Assembly (NCBI RefSeq): GCF_009914755.1
Contig: NC_060947.1
DNA from: the human T2T-CHM13v2.0 reference genome, Homo sapiens
Reading direction: 5' to 3' (one strand)
Length of the DNA: 64,000 nucleotides
Shown here in pieces: positions 41,201 through 55,895 of this stretch. The position numbers and the translations under genes were made by a program. The notes under the pieces were generated by a model that was not told the origin of the DNA, did not search any database, and saw nothing but the letters and a program-made list of their open reading frames with translations. How positions within the stretch are numbered: position 1 is the stretch's first letter; the number at the start of each line of letters is the position of its first letter.

Positions 41201-44200
41201 GGTATCAAGGTCCACACACATGCACACGCACTGGCAAAGTTATGTGGGGGTGGCCGAGGATGAGTGTGTGCAGGCAAAATGACTCAAGGAAGGCTGCAGT
41301 GAGGGGAAGGCATGGGTGGGCTGGTATGTGTCCATGTGGGTGTTCTACTGGAGTTCTCCACTTGTCAAACATGATCTACCAATGCAGAAGCTGTGTTGCA
41401 GGCCTCCAGGAGGCTCTACATTTGGGTGTTTGTGGCTGCACTACAGGCAGGCACTGCCAGGCTGGGGCCCCAGGAGAGGCCAGCAGACCATGGTATACTC
41501 AGGCCAGACCTGTCCCATCTCATGGGTAAGACCACCCTACATAGTTTAGGCCCCATAGTTTCCCTAAAACTAAAGTCTCCTAGGGGTGCAAAATGAGCCC
41601 TGGAGAATGAGCATCACCAGCCCCCACACCAAATCCTATGGGCTCTGCATCAGCTGGAGTTCTGCCCCTACCACTTCTTTAGCTACCTCTCCCTGACCAC
41701 TCCATGGGGGTTGTAGGGTCTCCTCCTACTGGCAAGATTTCCAAAGCCTGTGGCAAGAGTGGGTTGCTCCTTACCTGCTAAACTTACCCCTTCCCCAGGA
41801 GCCAACAGGAGCTAAGAATGAGTCTAGATGCATGGTAGTCCCATATAGTGTCCTCAGCTTCCTCCCCTTTCAGCCCAGCATCTGTGTCTTCCTCCATCCA
41901 CTCTCAATGACTTCCCTGGGAAGATCTGCACAGTGTCTTATTCAATATTACATCCTTGGCATATAACATAGTGTCTAGCACATAGATATTACTCAGTAAA
42001 TAATAATTGACCCTGGGGTAAATGTAATATGGCATAATAGTAAAGAGGAATAAATCTACTGTCTGCTATGTTCAAGCGTTGTTGTGTGACAATAAATAAA
42101 GGAGCCTATGAAAGGTTTTATGGGGCCTATGACAGTGAAGCATACCAAAAGCAAATGTAGGGTACACAGTTACCAAGATGTGGCTTTCTCCAATTTACTG
42201 CTTCTTTACCACTCAGTTTAAAGTTTAAAAACCCACATATAGAATTTATTCATTTATGTGTTTGTTTATGTATCAGGTATTTATACAAAGGTTATTTTTT
42301 TTTCTGAAACCTACTGGCTTATGTATATCTGAGGATTCTTTATTATACTTGAAAATGAATTAATCTTTACAAAAGGATTTATAATTGCATTGTTTGAAAA
42401 CAGAATAGAAGAAATCGAGCAATATATTTTTCTCTCAATATTTGAGTATAATCCTATTCAAAAACCATAAATTATTTAACACAATACAAAGACAAAAATA
42501 TGTTTAACTTCTCCCCTTCCTCCTGTACTTAAATCTACCAAGAACTTATTCAGAATAGATACTTGAATATCTCTTTTTACAAGATCACTTATGCCAATTA
42601 GAAGTTATTGCCTGGCAATCAAACTTTATATTTTACAGTGAAAACACATCATTATATATTAAAAAAGATAGAGTTTTCTCTGTTTTGTCACTAACTCAGC
42701 AGAAATTTGTGGTTTTAAGAAGTCATGGGCTTTTTAAGAAAAGGTTAGGTCTTATTTATTAGTTTTCTTTTGTCTGAGGCATATATTATTTTAACGAAAT
42801 TTCTTCTTTTGTGAGAAAGTAACACATAAACAGAGGTATTTTTGTCTACATTGAAAAGGAAAGAGAGCCATAAAAATATTCTATTAATGAATAAAACCAC
42901 TTAGTGGTTAAAAGTAGTAAAATTTATTCAAATCAGCAAAGAATGAGAGCTCTTAAAGATCCAAGGCAAAAATACTCTCTAGCTTCATGCTTGGAGGGGA
43001 TTTGGGGAAAGAAGGTAAATGTATGCCCTTTATAGATGAACTAAAGTCATTTGGCAGAAATTGTAAAGTTTCTTTCTTCTCCTCCTTTTTTCAACATAGT
43101 CCTATTTACTATCAGACAATCAGGCTGGGTATTAAAGAGGGGAAGTAATTGGAAGGGAAAATAATTCATACATTATTCCTGCCTTCGGTATAAATATCCT
43201 GTGCACCTGCAGCTCTGGAGCAGTTATGAAAATACAAGTACTTAGAAATTCAAAACAAATTTGTAACATTTATGTGTTACCATGCAAATTATGTACTTCA
43301 TACATGCATACAAAGTCAAGCAAAATGATTTATTTAGGAAAATATTTTAATTTCTATACATTTTTGATATTTTACATTTGTGAATGAATGACAAAATTAC
43401 ATTTGGTCAATTCCAAGTGTATTTCTGAATACCATTCAACTCAGCTTTTTGTGTGCCTTGAATGTGGAAAAATGAATTAAATGGTGGTAGGCATAAAAAT
43501 TGTGCGCTAATGAGTATTCACATAGAGCTGCATTCAGTCATTTGCACTTTGGTACATGAAAAACAAGTGACCATTCATGCTGCTAAGTAGGCAAATGTAG
43601 CCACCAAGGTGAGAAAAGACAGCGATTCAGTAGAAAGTGCAAAAAGTAGAGGTTTCCCTAATCTTAGAATGCTTTCCATTTTCTTAACTGGTTAACAGAG
43701 GATCTGACTACACAAGTGTTAAAAAATCAGCACCTTTTCTTTACAGTACCCCATAATCACAGGCACTCAGCAGAATTGCATTTATTGAGTCAGGAGCTTT
43801 TGGCACTAAACTGATGAGATTCTGTTGCTGGAACTGAATAGGGCTTGGTTCTGTTTTTGGATACGAATATGCCTTTCCATGTAGAAATTCAAAAAACTTT
43901 CAACAAGCACTCAACAAAAAGGGGAAAGATACATCAATTTTTCTTAAATCCTTTTAAGGTAGTTCCATTTTCTCTGATGCATGTGCTGGGATTCTTTTAT
44001 ATAGGTGATCTAAATGTATACTCCTAATTTATTTATTTAAGGAAAACTTGATTGAGTACCTAGTTTGTGCCATAGACCAGTCAAGGAAGAAAGAGTTTCT
44101 ATTAGAAATGCTATTTGAATTAAAAACCTAATAATGAATTAGAATAAGCCAGAAACATAAAGTTAAGAAAATTCAGACAGAAAAAAAAAAGTTTAAGAGT

Positions 44201-45289
44201 GACAATAGTATATATTCATTGCACTGATATTGTATACAAGAACTAGAGATTGAAAAGTGGTGACAGACAAATCTGTAGACAAATAGAAGAGAGAGAAGAG
44301 AAATGATAAAAGCAAAGTTTTAATTTTTACTTGTTCTTTTGAGAATTTAGAAAATGTCAGCAGGAAAGCAATCTTTTGTAAAAACAAAGAAAAGTCAGTC
44401 ATTCTTAATGCTGTTATGGAGATATGGAGTTTTTCATTAAGTGAGTCCACAATCAGTAAGAAATGGGGTAATAGCTATGTACAGACAATTTTTTATGAAA
44501 AGAAAAGTTCTGCTTTGGGTCACACAAATTGATTTTTATATTAAAATGAAAATGTATGTCATTCACAAGACTTATCATAATTGTAATTCTCTGGCTATTG
44601 GTCAGTTATGCTTTATCTTCCTTCTGTTCACAAAAACATTCTAAACACTACTGTACATTTTTTTCTACTATAATGGAAATATAATGGTTCTATATTTAAA
44701 TTTAACATTATTTCTATATCATACTAGATACTTGAATATTTATTGAAAGAGTAAAAATCCCAAAACAGAGCTGGCAGGATTTTTTAAATGTCTATATCCA
44801 TACTCAGTCTATAATCAACTTTTAATAGTAATTAAATACTTATTGGCTTTTTAACTGCATTAAATATTTATCTTGAAGTTTTTTTCCTTCCTGTTGGTAT
44901 AAGTTACTGGAGAAGTCAGGATATAGTTCACTGTATTCTCAAAATAAATTTTCACAAATCAAAACAATAATTTAAAATACATGTACAGGATTCTCACTTC
45001 TGCTTAGGATGTAGAAAGCTAAAAAGGAGAAAAAGAAGAAAAAACAAAAATTTTTAGATAATCTGGAAGAACACAACATTTAAAAACATTTAACAGAGAG
45101 ATAAGGTTTTCGAATAAGAAACTATTCTAAGATCTAGGGAAAGGCAGGCACAACCCAGGAGAAATAGAATGAAAGCTCTTGATTGCATAGATGGGGGCAG
45201 ATGCTGAATAATGGGCATTATACAATACAGCTAAAAAATGTTATTTTTTTATTAAGTTGTTAAAGGTAGAACATGGGTTAGCATTTAGA

Positions 45290-45883
45290 TGTATTAGAGG
45301 AAGCTAAAAATATTTCACCCCAAAATATACTTTATTGACATTTTGAGATGGTTATTCGGAGGGACTACAGACAGAAATATCTCTGCAAACGTTCTTTGGA
45401 GGAGATTTTCATCGGCAGAGAAAAATATGCATTAGCAAAATACACAGCCAGGCTTTCTCTGAGGTTTCCTCCTTTGTCAGGATCTAAAAAAGGTTAACTC
45501 ACAGGAGAGAGAAACAGAGTCTGAAATCTTTGAATGTGTGACACAGAGACTGTTACCACAGGCTACTGTCTATGCTTTCTGCTACTTGTGAGGTGTCGTC
45601 AGCTTAACAAGACTGTCTTTGCTAACCGTGCTTTTCTTCTATCTCTCTCATAAACTATCTTGCCATGCTCCAAGCCTCTATTCTTTCTGGAACCTCAGGA
45701 TGCTATAAAAACTTAAACCGTCTGCCCACTGCTTTGGACCTAATACTTTGTATATGACTCCCATTCCCTTTTGAACATTAATAAATATGTAAGCCATTTA
45801 AGTTTTTTTTCCATTATAACTGTGATTTATAGATTCAAGTTATTGTACCTTTGGGGGATAAGAGAATTATATTCACCTGTACA
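45290..45883 (+). mobile_element. ERV1 MER4-group solo LTR (subfamily uncertain)
   Basis: AAAATATTTCACCCCAAAATATAC...TTTTGAGATGG start; TATAAAA at about 45704 and AATAAA at about 45780. Confidence 0.65.
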
Positions 45884-47678
45884 ATATAATCTCGGAGAGT
45901 TGTAGATAAAATAATAATTTGCAGTCACTTACAAACTGTTCATTTTGGTCTTCAAGTGTTTGATTGAAGGAGTTGGGACAAATTGAAAAGTTCTAAGAAA
46001 GCTTCCTTCTTGTTGCAGAGCTGCTTGAATGCAAGAGTAATTGTAGTGTAAAACAAAAATAAAATTCTAAGGTCCCCCAACCATCTGAATGTAATTCCTC
46101 CTCAGCCAGGACATTCTAAAATTTAACCTGAAAGACTGGTTTAGGCCATGATGGGAAGTGAGGGTTGGACAGGCCACATTATACTCCTCCAGCATTAACA
46201 TCAACACAGACTTTAAGACTGATAAGAAACATTTATAATCAATTCTCTCTGAAGTCTGGTACCTGGAGGCTTCATCTGAATGATAAAACTTGAGTCTCCA
46301 TGACCTTTTATTATAAACCAGACATTCCTTTCTATCGATAACTGTTTCAACAAATTGCCAATCAGAAAAATTTTAAAGCTCCGTATAAACTGAAAGTCCC
46401 TGCTTCAAGTTGTCCCGCCTTTCTGGACCAGACCAATGTATATCTTAAATGTATTTGATGAATGTCTTGTGTCTCCCTAAAATGTATAAAACCAAGCTGT
46501 GCCCCGACCACCTTGGGCACATGTTCTCAGCTTCTCTTGAGGGCTGTGTCATGGGCCATGGTCCCTCATATTGGACTCAGAATAAATCTCTTCAAATATT
46601 TTACAGAGCTTTGCTCTTTTCATCAATAATAATCTGGCACCCAAACATGTGGGGTCTCAGAGAAGACTCAGGACCCAGAAAGAGTTGCCTAAACTCAGAG
46701 CTAAGATATCATCAAGGTGCCATTGAAAGCCTCTCTGGCTTTGAGCTTCTCCTTTAGTGGAACTGGTAAGTCCTCCTGAGCCTTGGACCTCCCTTTGGTT
46801 GATGGTCCTAGATTTATTTTGAGCTGTTTTTTTTTTTTCTCCTAAGAAATTGTTGTTTAGCAACCTAAGTCTAGTTTAGAGATACATTTTAAAGGGTCTT
46901 CTTCATTGCTTTTTTCTCCCAGAATTAATCTCCATTTGGCTTGTCTGCATTTGTGTGAGAAATTGAACTGTTGTTTTCTTAGATAAATTAGAGAATGTTT
47001 TCACAGCTCAGAAGAGAAAGGGCATTTTACTTCTCCCAACCAAAAGGCAACTCCCCATTATGTGCAGTGGCCCTACAGAGAACCCCCAAAAAATTAGTTT
47101 AAAAAGGCTTGTCCAACAAGTGCATGTAAGAGCTGGTCACTCCACACTTTCAGCCCTTCTGGAGGTGCTAGATCTTTAGAAACAGAAACTGACACACCTA
47201 AGAGGGCAAAGATGACCCAGAGGTGACACGCTGTGGCATCCTGCTCACAACCAGCACACTTTGACTAACTACACTAAAGCCCTAGACCACAGCTCAGTTT
47301 TTCCTTTTGAGGAAAAAAAAATTGGGAAACAAATAATCTAAGAATGAGGAAAAAACAAGGAGAATGACCCCCTATTGGGCACTCCATTGGTTTGATGGTG
47401 CCTCTACTTGCAAATTTTTGTGTAAAATTGGCATATTATTGTCTTTTTGCACACATTTACATCAAGAATAAAGAGTCCTAAGGTTGACCTGCAAATTATT
47501 GAGTTCCCAAGTGCTCTTTTCCTCTATTTTCTTTTCTGCCTGCTTTACATCTGCTGTTACTTTTCTACTGAGATAAAAGATACTGTTTGAATCCAAGTGT
47601 TTTTTGTTTTTGTTTTCTTTGCAAGCCAAAGAATTTGTATTATGTCATATCCAAAGTTCTGAAGTAAAAGTTGTGTTT

Positions 47679-47679
<1 letters not shown>

Positions 47680-47714
<35 letters not shown>
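47680..47714. repeat. (TG)n microsatellite
   Basis: Directly visible. Confidence 0.95.
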
Positions 47715-47716
<2 letters not shown>

Positions 47717-47867
47717 TTAAATGGCCTTCTTTGTTTCTGTTTGTTGTTGTTGTTTTCTCTATTATAACCTTATTCTCCTGGACAAAGTTTTTCTTAAATA
47801 GTTTCTAACATCCTGGGATTCCTTATAGAAAACAGAGAAGGTGTCAGACTCCTTTTTGGGGAGAAAC

Positions 47868-48607
47868 TGTTACCGGTGGCAAATATCCGAGTCTCACAGG
47901 ACAAAATATGTTACTGGTAAAAGGTATCCAAGTTACTGGCAGCAAATCTGTACAGGTCTGCAGCAACCTCAATTCTTGTCTCCTCAGAAGAAAGAATTTG
48001 GCTGAAGGGCATAAAGCAAAAAAAGAGACTGAGGCAAGTTTCAGAGCAGAAGTGGAAGCTTATTTAAAAAGACTTTAGAACAGAAAAAAAAGAAAAAGAC
48101 TGTTGAAAGAGACCCAAGCAGGTGATTTGAAGAACAAGTGCAGTGTTTAACCTTGATCCTAGGACTTTATAGGCTGCCCCACCTCTGGCATCTTGCACCC
48201 GTTTCCCATGATCCTTCCCTCAGCATGGGCTGCCCACACGCACAGTGTCTTCCTTATCCTTGGGAAGAGAACATGTGCAGTAGGTTTAGGAAGTTGTACA
48301 CATGCCCATATGAGGCTTTCTTCCCTTTTCTGGTGGAGTGCCCCTGGAAAGTAATACTCCACCATTTTGTCTCTTAATGCCCATGTCTAGGAAGTTGCTT
48401 CTCCCTGGTACCTGCATTCAATTAACACTGTAATGCAACAAGTGTGGACCATCAAAAAATGGTCTGTCCCTGGTGCCAGCAGCCAATTTATCACTTTTAG
48501 AGAGGCTACGTGATAATTGATAATTACCAAACCATCACCTAACATTCCTAATGGGTGGGGGAGAGCCCTCTCCTGTCTCACTCATGTGTGTCTGAATACC
48601 TGTAACA
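47868..48607 (-). mobile_element. MER50-like solo LTR
   Basis: TGTTAC...GTAACA inverted termini; 4-bp TSD AAAC at 47864-47867 and 48608-48611. Confidence 0.9.
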
Positions 48608-50894
48608 AAACCTCTGTTTTTTCCTTATGGAACTCCAAGAGTGTAAACAGGCAAATTTCACTTCAGATCTTAAGCTGCTTGCTTGTATTGTGTTACCTGA
48701 TTTTTTTCCAACTAAAATAGTTATTACAACAGAGGCTACTCTTGTATGTTTAAAATAAGAAAGAGTGTCATTTAGACACTTACAGAAATGTCTTTGTAAA
48801 AAAGAAAAAAAAGGTGCACTGTAAAAACATGGTCTAGCCTCATAATAATTCTCTCATGGAGACCCAGGATACAGTGTAGATTCTGCTCAGAGCTCAAAGA
48901 TTGAGTTAAAAGATGCAGAGTAAAATTAGAACTACCTATTAAATAAAATTGGTTTTCTTACACAATTCTATGATAGAATTATATAATTTTATGTTTAACT
49001 TGGCAATTAAATTTATTTTAATTTTCCTCGAGCACACTGGATTTTTTGTCTCTGTACTTTGAGATGTAAATTTTGCTATCTGATTTTTTCATCACAGAAT
49101 CGTTACCCTTAATATGTAAATTTAGGGCCATTTAGCTGACAACTGCCTAGGATAATGAAACAGGTTATCAAGAATTTGGAAATCTAAAACAGGAAACGTA
49201 GCTCTTATTAATTTATAAGATTTACTTCTACGTATATGTAGACATATCTACATATATCTATTAGACCTATGCCTAATATGTCTGTGTTATGTGTCATGTT
49301 TATGTGTGTATGTGTTATGTACATAATGTTTCATTACTGAAAATATATTTAAAAAGCTCTAATTAATTGGCCTAATGAAAAGTAAAAGCACTTAAATCAA
49401 ATACTTTATCAGAAAAAAAAAAGGCAAAGTCAAATGCTTTTCTAAGTTCAGGTGATATAAGTAAAATCTTTAATAAATGAACTGGGTATAAATTATTGGT
49501 AAAATATTCAAAAATTTTAAGAATTGTTAGTATTTTTGTTTGCATTTATTGATCAAGCTGTTTCATACTTATTCCTGCAGAATACTGTAAGGTTTCAAAA
49601 CTGGACGTAAGGTTTATAAAACTATAAACCAAGCCTGAAACAGAATAATCTTTGTGTAGTTTTTGATAAATGAGACATTTATATTGTTAGTTTGATGAAA
49701 ACAGCTAAATCCATGTATTTAATTTTATGTTTCTTATTTTGGTAAACACCTGAAATTCATAGGTTATAGAAATTGTTAACAGAAAAATAACTGTGAATGA
49801 TGAATATCACAGTTTTTATGAATAATCTAGGTAAACTGTTAAGTAAATTAATCAGGTAAATGTAATAAATGCTTGCAAACAAACTTTTCATATAATTTAT
49901 AATCTAAGGTTATAGTAAATAATAGATGGGTAATTTACAATTTAAAAATTACAGAAAAACATTTTTAAAAATATGTTCTTATTAAAAGGTAAATATTTTT
50001 GGCTAATTCAAAGCTTTTTTAAAGGTTATGTACAAAACAAGGTAAAAGGAACCAGAAAATAAGAAATGTACAGAGAGTTATAAAGAGATGTTTTCAGTAA
50101 GGAAGGCAATAAGAAAAGTAATTTTATATGAGAAAGAATCTTTTATGGTGAATTTTTGTCATAAAATTAAATGGCTGATTTGTTCAAGAAAAATATTTAG
50201 GACAAATCAGAAAGTCCAAGCACATTGTGAATGGTCTAAGTTGTAATAAGGTTAGTAAAAAAAGGAATTTGTAAAAATGTTATGTGATTAATAGGCTTTA
50301 ATTAAAGGAAACTATAATAGTTTTTCTAAAATTAAACTTTGATATTAAAAAATACACTAATACAAAACTAAAGACATGGTTAAAACAAGTTTTTATTAAA
50401 AATATAGACTTATTAATGGAATAAGTTTTTAATTTTTAAATTCTATAGTCTGTCTCTTTGAAATTCTTCAGATCGATATCTCAGGAATTCATCTCTTTTT
50501 CTTTTGAAAAGTCCTTGTGTTCTAGGGCTTTCTTCTTAGTTCAGCTAAAAACATGTTCCTTGTCATACAACCATGAAAGATTAGGCTCACATACACTTTG
50601 AAGGGTAAGAAAGGCAGGGTCTATTGGGTGAAAAGCAAAATAAAAAAAAGAAACAGTGACTTCCAGTAAAGTGAGAGTTCTGCTAATAGGCTTCCTGCCT
50701 CACAGATTGAATTTCCATTTACCACCCCAAATTAGGAAAGGCCAGGCTACTCCACACTGCAAACTGTGTGTACTTCCATGACTCAATCATGTTCTCCTAT
50801 TGCACAGGCCAGTTAGAGGTTCTCCCATGTCCCCTTTATACTTGGCTGTCTCATTTTCTCCTCTAAAGAAGTACATCTAATTGCCATTAAGATG

Positions 50895-50931
50895 AGGATA
50901 AGGATAAGGATAAGGATAAGGATAAGGATAA
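50895..50931. repeat. (GGATAA)6 hexanucleotide repeat
   Basis: Directly visible. Confidence 0.92.
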
Positions 50932-53900
50932 GTATGAAGACCAATCTTCACTGCTTCCTGATGACAGGGTGCACTGGTTTGGGGAGAATGGCAGTCAGAT
51001 CTTCCTCAGAGGCCTATCTAAGTGTTTGCAGCAGAAGGGGCCATCTTCCGAGGCTCTGATTGCATGACCGTTTGGAGTTTGATGGCCTGAAGGTGAGAAG
51101 AGACAAACGGTTATTAGAAAAAATGTATCAAAATGAGAAAGGGGTGGGGTGGATAGGACAGGTCAAAAATCCTGAGGCCTTATACCAGTTTGCACAGGGA
51201 GAGGGAGGCCAAAAGCCCGACTGGCAAAAAAAAAAAAAAAAAAAACTTTACCCTTTTGCCGGCATACTGGGCTTCTGGGTTCCCTTTCCCTGAGCCCAAT
51301 CCTAAGCCAACTAGTTTAAGGTTTGGGAAATTAACTTTTCCTAGTTTGGAGGATGCATTTGAGTGGAGTGTCCTGTAGTATGGAGACATAATTGCCTATC
51401 AATGAAGAGAGGACAGAGAAAGAAAAAATAAAAAAAGAAGCTGTTTTTTGAAGGAGTCCCAGGGGTTCAAGATGCATTTGAAAGGTGTACAGACTGAAGA
51501 TGAATGGCTACTCATCTAGAAAAAGAGGAGCAGGCATCCAAGGTTCCCTTCTCTTCCTAGCAAATACCTGGAATATGTGAAGGAGAGAAGGAAGAGCATC
51601 CCATTTCCCTCTTCCATCCTTGCATACCTGAGTCCCAGTGATCTTGGCACAGATTGCCCATGGGTGCCAAAGCAGCTTGTACCCATGAAGCAAGAAGGGC
51701 CTAGAGAATAGGAATTATTTGCTTTGACCTATGCCTCTATTCCCCATACTCTCAGTAGCCTTGGAGTTCCCTAGACCTAATTTATGCCATGGATACCAGA
51801 GTGGCCTTTATCCATAAAACAGGAAGCCTGGCTTAATTGGCAGAAATCCATCATGCTTACCTGTGCTGTGCCTTTTAACCTGTTATCATCTGCCTCTCGA
51901 TCACTCAGATCCAGTTTTCTTTCCTAGGGCTTTGACCTGAAACTTGGAATTAAGTTTGGGACAAAAATGTGTCTCAGGGTGGGGGTGGGGAGATGCATTT
52001 TTCTCCTTATCATAAGCCAAATGGTAAGGTGAAGCTGTAGAATTGAGTCCTCTTCCAACAAAAGAGAGAAATTGATGTCTTGTAACATGCCCAGATAACT
52101 GCTGGCTATAGTTATGCTTGCTAGGATTTTGGTGCATGGTGCTTGGCTTTGGTTAGCTCCTTTGGTCTTACTTTCCCACAGAGGAAATCTCCAGGTGTTG
52201 GGTACCACCTGGCAGGATTTGCAGAATAACTGCTCAGAACTAGAATATTGATCCAGATTTCTACAATATCCATCCCTGTTGTTCTTTCTGAGGGGCAGTG
52301 GAGATTGCTGGTTGGTTCACAGGAACAAGCAAGGTTAGTCTAAAATGTAGGCAAAAACTTTAAAACAACTAATGAGTTTATAATTTAATGGCAAATGCAT
52401 GATAACTTTTGAAACATAATTTGTCTCTACAGTCCTCATTTTTGTTAAAAAACAAATTATCATAAGACTGAATGGTTTGCAAAATAGACTTTAGTCTTAT
52501 ACTTGGCCTGATTATTTGCATAAACTGCAGCAAGAATAATTATTTCTACATAGGCCTTTTGGATTGACTTTGATGGAACTCTGTTACACAAGGAGTCTCA
52601 GAAAAGACTTTTTAAAGCCCAGCCTAGCCATGGGTTTCTATCCTCAAATACCTGTGAGTTGGGTGATCCTCTCTTCTTAAGGTCCCAAGATAAACTTGGA
52701 GTTCCTGAGCCTGTTAGAAAGTGACATTCTTTACTGACCACAGAGCAGGAACCCTGTACAAGGACTGCATAGACAAAGTTATAAGGCTAGTTTTTCCCAT
52801 GGGCATTTTATTCTCTCTGCAAGTTGAGCTTGACTCTCCTTAAAGGGAAACATACCCTTCTACACAAAGCCTTGGTAAAACAACCAGTTTCTCCAATTGC
52901 ATTCTGTTGAAAAAGAAAATGGATTCTTATTGCACTGATGCAAACAACTATATTGCCGTAAGTTAAGAATACTCACAGATAGTTTCCAAATTCTAGAGGA
53001 ACCAGGAAGAGAGAAATAATATCTCCAGATTTTGTTCACAGGAATGTACCTTACTCAATTATTAAAGGCTATAGATAGTTCAAAATAAGTTTCCTTGACT
53101 CTGAAAAACAAAACAAGGATCTGCAATATTCTAAGCAAAAGTTAAAAAGATTGCTTCAACTTTCTGAGTTCAGTCCATTTAGTTAACTCTTGCTTAGCTT
53201 GATATTCATGAACATTTTAGCTCTTCCCAAGTCCTGTACATTTTTCTTTATTCCAATGTCACAATCTCCAAAGTTATCTGAAACCAGTATTTGAGAGCAC
53301 CTGTCAAAGTTTTATAGCTTATTATAAACCATCATTTGAAAGGATTAAAACAAGACAACAATTGTCTGTTAATAACAAAATGTCCGTGATAGTTACAGTT
53401 AGAAACACAATTCACAAAAAAGTTGGTTATCTCCATGGTTTACAATAACTTAATATAACAACCTCAATTATAATTGATAGCATATGCTTAGACATTAGAA
53501 TTTTAGAAATCCCGTACAATTTTTGGACATATATTAGCATTATTCACCAAAATATTACCTAAAGAAGATTGAACATCATTTTGGCAATCCTATGTACTTA
53601 AATATGTCAAATAATCCTGTTTACCTCTCTTCTGGATGTTCCAGGGGCCCACGGAATCATCCAAAAAGCCAGGCATCAGGAAAGACCATTTAGAAACTGA
53701 AGTTTGATTTTGGAAAGACTGTTACATACATTAAAGGTTTAAAGCACTTGATATTATGATATAGAACTCCAGATTACCACAAGTAATTTATTTTGCCAAA
53801 ATGATGACTCAGAAATTTGAAAAGCAAAAAATCTTTTACAACGCTTTACAAATTTTGCTAAAAAGCAGATTACTGCCTTAAGAGTACTGTGTGCTTTTAT

Positions 53901-55550
53901 TTCAATGCTCAATTTACAGAAAAATACACATAATACCCTTTTGAATTTAGTCAATATGTTCAGACAAGGAATTTTGCAAGATTAATTTTTACAATATTTT
54001 TACCACTTGTTTAAAATTTTAGCTTTATCTTATCTAATTCAAAACCATCCTTTAACCCTAGGCAAGAATTTATATTTTCATGCTTACTTATAATCTTTCA
54101 TTAAAAACACATTTTACTGTTCTTACACACCTTGCATGTAAATCTATTTTCTGTTGTTTCAATTAGATATTATAACAATAATTCCTAGCAATTTTAACTT
54201 TAGTGTAAAACCTGGTAAGTTGTGTCATTTATGTGCTAGGTGCAGCCAAGGTTTGACTCCTTCCAGCATAATTAAAAGTGTGGTTAGTTCCGTATGTCCC
54301 CAGGCCATACAAAGTTGAACAGCTCTCCGAAACCAAAAAGCAGTTTATAACCTCAAAACACTTAGCAAACCTTTTATCTGACCTCTATAATTTAGTCTAC
54401 TTATTAACATTTTGATGACATCTTCATTTTACCAATAATTTTTAAAACTGTTTTTATTTCTCAAAGATTAGAGTCACATGAAATGAAATGTACTATGACT
54501 TTTATCTTCCCTTTAAAAAAACATTTGACCCAAGTGCTTATCTTTCTTTAGGCCAATTAATTAGAGCTTTTTAAGTAGACATCACACACAACACATATAT
54601 AGCTACAAAGACAGACAGAAGAAGATTCAGTAGTTGTAAGATTTTTCATTTGTCAGTTTTTGAGTTTCTCATACTACAAAGTAATTTCTGGTACCCCAAA
54701 AGTAAAAAATGTCAGATAACACAATGTAAAACAGAACAGAACCTTAATTTTTAGAGGTATTTATCCATTTCTAATTCCTGGTGTTTCATGAGGAAAACAG
54801 TTTTTCCAAAATGGGTTCTCTGGTGCCTCCTGTTTTTCCCATGGAGTCCCAGCCTGTTAGAGTTTGAATATCTGCTTTTAATTAAGCTGACTTTTAACCA
54901 TAGCACTCTTTAATAAGGTTCTTTTAAAATTTCCTATTACCTCACTTTAGCCATGCCAAAAAGCCAATATTTCTGGCTTTCAGACTTTACTAAAGGCTTG
55001 GAGAAAGGAAAATCCAAGGTGGTACATGGAAGGAAGGGGAATCGACAAATAGCAAAAGGTCACGCAGGTATCAAACCAGAAAGAACTCATTCCCTAAGGC
55101 AGGATGAATCTGGGCCACATGGCTAAACAAAGCCTTGCCAAGAGGTTGCAGGCCATGCCCCAAGGATGTAAAACAAGAGGGAGGCCTGCAGCAAAGTTTA
55201 CTATGGACCATACAGAAAGATGCACAAAGCACACCAGGTTGGCTACAGCTTAAGACTAACCTCACAAATTCTTTCTCTCAATTAAAACTCTACAGGAAAT
55301 ATAAACAGTGATATTCATTTCCCACTCCAGCAAAATGTCGTCCAAAAGGAAAAAAATCCTCTCTTAAAAGTTAACTCCTGACCTGCTGGAGAAAAGGAAA
55401 GGAAAAAACAGTTTAAAAATGCCTAGGGAAGAACCTCTTATTCTTATGCAACAGGGTTCCTTTCCCCTGGCTTGGACTGAGTGAGAGTCTGGGCAGGCAG
55501 CCACATGAAGCTCTGGGGCCATGTGTCCCAGCCCCCACAGGGAGGGGAGG

Positions 55551-55895
55551 TGTATTAGTCTTTTCTCACACTACTGATAAAGACATACCTGAGACTGGGC
55601 AATTTACAAAAGAAAGAGGTTTAATGCACTCACAATTCCACATGGCTGGGGAGACCTCAAAATCATGATGGAAGGTGAAAGGCACATCTCACATGGTGGC
55701 AGACAAGAGAAGAGGACTTGTGCAGGGAAACTCCCATTTTTAAGACCATCATATCTCATGAGACGTATTCACTATCATGAGAAGAGCACAGGAAAGACCT
55801 ATCCCCATGATTCAATTACCTTCCACCAGGTTCCTCTCACAACATGTGGGGAATTCAAGATGATATTTGGGTGGGGACACAGCCAAACCATATCA
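55551..55895 (-). mobile_element. THE1C-like solo LTR
   Basis: TGTATTAGTC...GATAAAGACATACCTGAGACTGGG...CAGCCAAACCATATCA; TSD GGAGG at 55546-55550 and 55896-55900. Confidence 0.93.

Noticed and set aside
40728-41596. Cluster of short ORFs on both strands
   Set aside because: Lies in the GC-richer 5' UTR of the old L1.
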